Origin: Candidatus Firestoneibacteriota bacterium
GTDB lineage: Bacteria; Oederibacteriota; D2-FULL-39-29; JBBTED01
Direction of reading: 5' to 3'
DNA length: 4,249 nucleotides
NCBI GenBank assembly: GCA_038042445.1
Contig: JBBTED010000137.1
Location: 1 to 4,249, forward strand
In this document: in pieces, positions 1 through 4,249 of the stretch
Numbering within the stretch: position 1 is the stretch's first letter
Layout of the letters: every line of letters begins with the position of its first letter
Made by a program: the position numbers and the translations under genes
Notes under the pieces: model-generated
Told to the model about the DNA's origin: nothing
The model's input: the letters and a program-made list of their open reading frames with translations, nothing else
The model's database searches: none

Positions 1-52
1 AACTAAGTAATACTATAAATACACTGCCTAACACCAAACACAACTTTACCAT
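1..52 (-). CDS. 5' end of a probable exported or membrane protein (signal-peptide-like N-terminus), truncated by the window edge
   Basis: ATG at 52..50 with AAGGAG at 67..62 (9-nt spacing). Reads MVKLCLVLGSVFIVLLS..., a basic residue followed by a hydrophobic stretch, and is open to the window edge. It lies 46 nt downstream of the 99..1127 stop. Confidence 0.7.
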   Translation of the reverse strand, partial: MVKLCLVLGSVFIVLLS

Positions 53-61
53 AATATCACA

Positions 62-67
62 CTCCTT
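62..67 (-). promoter_or_regulatory. Shine-Dalgarno sequence (AAGGAG) for the edge CDS starting at 52
   Basis: + strand ctcctt at 62..67, 9 nt upstream of the ATG. Confidence 0.7.
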
Positions 68-98
68 GATTTAACAAGACCGTTCCCCAAATTGCACT

Positions 99-1127
99 TC
101 ACAAAGTTTTTGTTCCTTCATCAATAACAAGAAGATAATTTTCAATTGGCATATAATCAGTAAGAGAATTTCCTGTACCTAAAGCCCAATAACCATCATA
201 AAAACATTTTTCAATTATATTTCGTGTGTAGTGACGAATTTCTTTTTCATTGCTACGACAAATAACATCTACATCCAATCCACCAAGTGGAGTAATTTTA
301 TTACCATATTTTTGTTTAAATTGTTCAACCGGCATAATCATATCTTCAAAAGAATGCTTTGCATCAATCTTACAATATTCAATAAGGATATCATAAACTT
401 CTTGAAGATTTCCACAAGAATGAAGAATAAATGGTTTTCCTTGCTTATGTGACTCTTCTGCCATGTTTTTGTATATAGGAAAAATATATTTGTGTAATTG
501 CTCTGGGCTAAAAAATGTTGATGTCTTAAACCCTAAATCATCTCCTTGCCTAAGTGCACCAATTGCGTCCATAGATGCAAGTTGTCGTATTGCACTTTGA
601 ATTAATAATCCTATTTTGCAAAACATATCTTTTACTAATTCAGGATCATCAACTATTGCATATGATAATCCCATAACACCCAACATCGCTGATACCCACT
701 CATAAGGTCCACATGCAACACCACCAACAATCTTAATATTAGAAGGTATTAATTTTGCTACAGTCTCAAAATGTTTGAAATTAATTGGATCAGCTATATC
801 TGGCCATGGATAGTTTTCAAAATCATTTCTGTTTTTAATAATCGTATAAGCTTCACTAGAATATGATTTACCATGTGTATCTACATTGGACAAAGAACAA
901 TTAAGAGGTATTTCCATAGGTATACAATCAAATCCAAGGGAAAGCCAGAAATCTACATAAATATTCCAATATCCAGTGTCTGACATTGACATTTTATCAA
1001 ATTGTGTTTCTGTGTGTTGTGCAATAAATCCAGAACTAGCATAATGTTCATAAAAAGGGAGATAAGTAGGTTTACCTTCTCGTTTTAATACCTTAAGAAA
1101 TTGACTAAAATCAGGATAACGTTTCAT
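99..1127 (-). CDS. Uroporphyrinogen decarboxylase (URO-D)/MtaA-CmuA-like TIM-barrel family protein; not true HemE, function unknown
   Basis: 342-aa ORF, ATG to TGA, with SD AAAGGA. Family-typical segments: YPWP, GP(Y)E..SAMLG, DDPELV, GDDLGFKTSTFFSP (D196/D197), ILHSCGN (H236-x-C238), LGGLDVD, GYWALGTGNS. Lacks the HemE N-terminal PxWxMRQAGR signature. Confidence 0.88.
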   Translation of the reverse strand: MKRYPDFSQFLKVLKREGKPTYLPFYEHYASSGFIAQHTETQFDKMSMSDTGYWNIYVDFWLSLGFDCIPMEIPLNCSLSNVDTHGKSYSSEAYTIIKNRNDFENYPWPDIADPINFKHFETVAKLIPSNIKIVGGVACGPYEWVSAMLGVMGLSYAIVDDPELVKDMFCKIGLLIQSAIRQLASMDAIGALRQGDDLGFKTSTFFSPEQLHKYIFPIYKNMAEESHKQGKPFILHSCGNLQEVYDILIEYCKIDAKHSFEDMIMPVEQFKQKYGNKITPLGGLDVDVICRSNEKEIRHYTRNIIEKCFYDGYWALGTGNSLTDYMPIENYLLVIDEGTKTL

Positions 1128-1135
1128 TTTATTTG

Positions 1136-1141
1136 TCCTTT
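1136..1141 (-). promoter_or_regulatory. Shine-Dalgarno sequence (AAAGGA) for 99..1127
   Basis: + strand tccttt at 1136..1141, 8 nt upstream of the ATG at 1127. Confidence 0.7.
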
Positions 1142-1154
1142 ATGTTATTTATAT

Positions 1155-2225
1155 TTATTTAGGAACTTCCCCATATTCTTTTAATACATTATTTATAGTT
1201 TTTAAACTGTTTTGCCATGCACATTGTGGAATATTTTCTGTTATACTAACAATAAATTTATCACATGGAAAAGCTTCTTCAATAAGATTAATTGTGAATT
1301 TTCTGATTTCTTCTTTTGTTCTCATATGGACAGAAGAAGGAAAATTAATGATTATTATTTTGTCTTTCCATATTTTTTTTGCTTCTTTAAGCGAAAGATC
1401 AAAATCCGGACAAGGCGTAAATGCATCAATAAAATCAAATTTGCATTCACTTATGTCTTCTTTTAAAATATTCAGATTGCCATCCATATGCACACCAACT
1501 TTTTTACCTTTTTTATGAAACATTTCACATACAAATTCATACACCGGCATAATGTACTTCCTAAATCTATCCTTTCCAATCATATCAGAAGTAATATTAT
1601 CTCCAATTTCAACAAATCCCACAGAAGCATCAGACAAAATTTCACACATCTTTTTATACCTCTGAAATAAAACATCATAAAGATGTAAAAAATCCTTAGA
1701 GTTTTCATGTAGTTCAATTGAAAATCTCTCAGGTCCCATTAAATTATACATCATATCCTGCAAAGGTGTTTTTGGAAGCATAGGAACTACAATTCCATCC
1801 TCTCCAATATTTTCTTCCCTCTCTTTATTTAATTCAAAATCAAACTCGTATTTTTCATTTTCTAAAACAAATTCTGCAACTTCATAATCTTTTTTATCCT
1901 TTATTAAAAACTCGCATAACAACTTAGTATTATATCCTCCTCCTGTTCTATAAGTTTCTGAAACTTCGCCTATCGGTGTAGAAAAAATATTTTTAATAAA
2001 AAAAACTTCATTTTCATATATTTCAAGTATTTTTTTGTTAACTTTAGGATTTTTCATTGTAAGTGCAGGAGAAGGAATGCAAAATAATCCTACTCCATCA
2101 TTTCTCAATTCTCGTTCTACAAACCCACGTGGAAAAAGACCAGTATATAAAGTTAAAGGAATTCTATCTGTTTCTTCTCCAGAGAAAACTTTCAATAATC
2201 TTTCTTTATTTGTTATATCACTCAT
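1155..2225 (-). CDS. Uroporphyrinogen decarboxylase (URO-D)/MtaA-like TIM-barrel family protein, divergent HxD subtype, function unknown
   Basis: 356-aa ORF, ATG to TAA, with SD AAGGAG. N-terminal TNKERLLKVFSGEETDRIP matches the family's typical 'T.xER...G...DR.P' start. Also contains TPIG, LMGPERF, GDNITSDMIG..RFRKYIMPVY, VHMDGN (H246-x-D248) and a C-terminal ITENIP. Confidence 0.85.
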   Translation of the reverse strand: MSDITNKERLLKVFSGEETDRIPLTLYTGLFPRGFVERELRNDGVGLFCIPSPALTMKNPKVNKKILEIYENEVFFIKNIFSTPIGEVSETYRTGGGYNTKLLCEFLIKDKKDYEVAEFVLENEKYEFDFELNKEREENIGEDGIVVPMLPKTPLQDMMYNLMGPERFSIELHENSKDFLHLYDVLFQRYKKMCEILSDASVGFVEIGDNITSDMIGKDRFRKYIMPVYEFVCEMFHKKGKKVGVHMDGNLNILKEDISECKFDFIDAFTPCPDFDLSLKEAKKIWKDKIIIINFPSSVHMRTKEEIRKFTINLIEEAFPCDKFIVSITENIPQCAWQNSLKTINNVLKEYGEVPK

Positions 2226-2230
2226 ATTAT

Positions 2231-2236
2231 CTCCTT
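2231..2236 (-). promoter_or_regulatory. Shine-Dalgarno sequence (AAGGAG) for 1155..2225
   Basis: + strand ctcctt at 2231..2236, 5 nt upstream of the ATG at 2225. Confidence 0.75.
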
Positions 2237-2237
2237 T

Positions 2238-2354
2238 TTAAATAAATATTATCAAAAAGATAAGATTTCCATGTGCGCCAATATAATCAAATCTCATATG
2301 ATTAGTTGAAATTCATATAACACGCTCTGGAACAGGAAAATTTTTATTTGCCAT
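2238..2354 (-). pseudogene. Truncated remnant of the N-terminus of a sulfatase/alkaline-phosphatase-superfamily gene, with an internal stop
   Basis: ATG at 2354..2352 with SD AAAGGA at 2370..2365. Translates MANKNFPVPERVI*ISTNHMRFDYIGAHGNLIFLIIFI* (TGA at 2315..2313, TAA at 2240..2238). VI*ISTNHMRFDYIGAHGN aligns without gaps to VLFIMDDQHNAKYLGCAGH of the neighbouring sulfatase and fits the family pattern I..D..R.D.LG..GN. Confidence 0.72.
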
Positions 2355-2380
2355 TTCTATCGTATCCTTTTCTTATTTGA

Positions 2381-3964
2381 CTACCATTTCGCCTTTTTGT
2401 AAAGAACAGCACTTGACTTCAAAACAGTAGGGACAGGAATATCATTTCTATCTATATTTTTACTGTCCGAAATTTCTTTCCACCAATCTATATGGTCTTT
2501 AGAAGTAATAAGCTGAATCATAGCATTAGCTGGAATTTCAGTTTTCATAAAAAAGCTAAGTATTTTATACTCTAGTTCCCTATGTATTTTAGAGTATTTT
2601 TTTTCGTAGTAAAGATTACTCCACTCAAAAGGGTCTTTCTCTAAATCATACAGTTCACCTGTAAATGGCTTTCCTGACATCTGAATAAAATTAGAAGATG
2701 GAAACACTAATTTGTACCGCTTTGTTCTCACAGTTTTCGCAAATAGCCATTCAGTGAATATTTCTTCTTTTCCAGATATAGCCCCACCATCTTTCAATAG
2801 CAATGGTAATAAACTTTTTCCCTGAACTACTGGTACTACAAAATTTTCCTGTCTCGTTGGATAAGTTACAGGAACTGGAATTTTTGCAACTTCACAAATA
2901 GTAGGAAATATATCAACACTTTCAACCAATTGTTGCCTAACTTCTCCTTTTACAAATTTCTTTGGGAATTTCAAAATCATTGGAATTTTATTTATAGCAT
3001 CATAGTTAAATCCTTTATTTATCCACCCATGTTCTCCTGCAAAATCTCCATGGTCTGATGAAAAAATTACAACTGTATCCTCTTCTAAACCCAGTTCTTT
3101 CAATCTCTTCAAAACTCTGCCTATATTCCAATCCACTAAACTTATTAACCCACAATAAAATGCTATACATATTTTGAGTTCCTCTTCAGAAAAATTGTCA
3201 TATCCACGAGTAATTGCCCATTCTTTTTGCTCTGGTGGAATTTTATCCCACCATTCTTTTTTAAATGGCGGCAATAAAATATCTTTAAGTCTATACATAC
3301 TTGCATAAGGCTCTGGAAGAGGAAATGGCTCATGTGGATGGGTAAATGTAAGCCATCCAAAAAATGGTTTTGATTTATCCCTTTTTTCAATAAAACGGAT
3401 CATTTCAGATGCTTCAAATGATGATAAAGAATGTTCAACTGGAATCCTGCTTTTAGAGCAAACAACTGTATATGATGGAAACGTAGGATTATCTGGGCTA
3501 GGTATTCCAAAATAATCCATTTTGTCTTTAAGATTTAACTTTTCAAGATATTTGCCGTAACTACTATTTGGTTCTAACCCACTTTCAATAAATTTTTGAA
3601 ATCCATTTCCTTTCCACCCTGGCAAATGCAATTTGCCTGAAGCAAATGTTTGATAACCATATTCCTGTAGATAACTCCCTATAGAAAGAAGCGTTTCTGG
3701 AATACCAGGACCATTGCCATAAACTTTATGTGTATGCGTATACAAACCTGTAAGAAAACTAACACGAGATGGCGTACAAATACCTGTTTGACAAAATGCA
3801 TTTGTGAAACGAACTCCTTCATTTGCAAGAGAATCTATATTTGGAGTTTTAACTGTAGGATGCCCTGCACAACCCAAGTACTTCGCGTTATGCTGGTCAT
3901 CCATTATAAAAAGAACATTAGGTCTTTTTACACTTGTTACTTCTTTGTTCTGTAGAACAGACAT
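2381..3964 (-). CDS. Formylglycine-dependent sulfatase (family S1, Cys-type; choline-sulfatase/arylsulfatase-like), probably cytoplasmic
   Basis: 527-aa ORF, ATG to TAG, with SD GAGGAGGA. Contains RPNVLFIMDDQ (metal Asp22/23), TPNID, the CTPSR..LTG signature (Cys63, codon 3778..3776), GYQT..SGKLH, PFF..HPHEP, SDHG..GEHG..K and ELYDLEKDPFE..NL. No hydrophobic signal peptide. Confidence 0.95.
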   Translation of the reverse strand: MSVLQNKEVTSVKRPNVLFIMDDQHNAKYLGCAGHPTVKTPNIDSLANEGVRFTNAFCQTGICTPSRVSFLTGLYTHTHKVYGNGPGIPETLLSIGSYLQEYGYQTFASGKLHLPGWKGNGFQKFIESGLEPNSSYGKYLEKLNLKDKMDYFGIPSPDNPTFPSYTVVCSKSRIPVEHSLSSFEASEMIRFIEKRDKSKPFFGWLTFTHPHEPFPLPEPYASMYRLKDILLPPFKKEWWDKIPPEQKEWAITRGYDNFSEEELKICIAFYCGLISLVDWNIGRVLKRLKELGLEEDTVVIFSSDHGDFAGEHGWINKGFNYDAINKIPMILKFPKKFVKGEVRQQLVESVDIFPTICEVAKIPVPVTYPTRQENFVVPVVQGKSLLPLLLKDGGAISGKEEIFTEWLFAKTVRTKRYKLVFPSSNFIQMSGKPFTGELYDLEKDPFEWSNLYYEKKYSKIHRELEYKILSFFMKTEIPANAMIQLITSKDHIDWWKEISDSKNIDRNDIPVPTVLKSSAVLYKKAKW

Positions 3965-3972
3965 TTTTTATA

Positions 3973-3980
3973 TCCTCCTC
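3973..3980 (-). promoter_or_regulatory. Shine-Dalgarno sequence (GAGGAGGA) for the sulfatase
   Basis: + strand tcctcctc at 3973..3980, 8 nt upstream of the ATG at 3964. Confidence 0.85.
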
Positions 3981-4153
3981 TTTTTATAGTATTTCAGGAC
4001 CTTGCTAAATTTTAACCCTATTTTTTAAACTTAATTCCATTTTTTTATGAATCTGACACAGAAAATGGCAAAATATATGGAAGTTGTGGAACAACCGATA
4101 AAATAGCTAATCTTCTTTCTTCGCTCTGCCATCTTTTTTCATCACACTCATAC

Positions 4154-4185
4154 GGAATAAAATATTTTTCAAAATATTTTATTCC
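4154..4185. repeat. Perfect 15-bp inverted repeat with a 2-nt spacer (candidate operator or RNA hairpin)
   Basis: GGAATAAAATATTTT (4154..4168) - TC - AAAATATTTTATTCC (4171..4185). The arms are exact reverse complements, and each contains the self-palindrome AAAATATTTT. The repeat is directly visible; its function is not established. Confidence 0.85.
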
Positions 4186-4249
4186 TCCTTTAAATTTGTT
4201 ATTTTACCAACGTATATATGCGTACGGATTATCACGTAATTTCCGTGTG

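Noticed and set aside
56..64. 9-mer ATCACACTC shared with 4141..4149
   Set aside because: A 9-bp match is expected by chance in 4 kb, and there is no mobile element between the copies to suggest a target-site duplication.
99..2225. Assigning hemE or mtaA/mtbA symbols to the URO-D-like genes
   Set aside because: Both lack the MRQAGR and GHG HemE motifs and the complete H-x-C...C zinc set, and there is no haem or corrinoid gene context in the window.
2313..2315. In-frame TGA as selenocysteine or recoded Trp/Gly; a weak TAATCA/TGATTA stem lies just downstream
   Set aside because: TGA terminates 99..1127 at the expected family C-terminus, and the long genes have no internal TGA and use TGG for Trp. 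The position is a structural beta-strand residue, and readthrough would still end at a TAA after 38 aa.
3163..3390. 75-aa minus-strand ORF nested out of frame in the sulfatase
   Set aside because: It is an alternative-frame shadow with no motif. The sulfatase frame is intact across this region.
2381..3964. Assigning betC (choline sulfatase) to the sulfatase
   Set aside because: The motifs are generic to family S1 and there is no bet gene context, so the substrate cannot be assigned by eye.
231..3989. The plus-strand ORFs in the track (231..452, 1212..1466, 1294..1518, 1488..1670, 2035..2241, 2063..2245, 3728..3955, 3804..3989)
   Set aside because: All are short, lie antisense to well-supported CDSs, are mostly Phe/Ile-rich as expected for the reverse complement of Lys/Glu-rich genes, and carry no recognisable motifs.
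3981..4045. Sigma70-like -10 hexamers (TAAAAT, TACTAT, TATAAA on the minus strand) just upstream of the sulfatase
   Set aside because: There is no convincing, correctly spaced -35, and such hexamers are ubiquitous in AT-rich DNA.
4211..4246. CG-dinucleotide-rich patch with a near-palindrome (CGTATATATGCG) and a bulged 8-bp hairpin (4224..4246)
   Set aside because: The stems are short and imperfect, sit at the window edge, and match no RNA family I recognise. They are compatible with chance or with coding sequence.

Overview
AT-rich (roughly 30% GC by eye) bacterial-type window in which every credible gene lies on the minus strand as one tightly packed operon-like run, read right to left. The run is: a cytoplasmic Cys-type (CxPSR) formylglycine sulfatase (2381..3964); a 39-codon decayed remnant of a second sulfatase that the ORF track misses (2238..2354); two divergent URO-D/MtaA-like TIM-barrel proteins that lack the HemE signature and have altered metal-ligand motifs (1155..2225 and 99..1127); and the start of a signal-peptide-like gene running off the left edge (1..52). 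Each start has a Shine-Dalgarno sequence. Upstream of the sulfatase is a perfect 15-bp inverted repeat (4154..4185) overlapping a strong SD and a TTG codon. No RNA genes, mobile elements or CRISPR arrays are evident. All family calls come from motif recognition by eye, not database searches.
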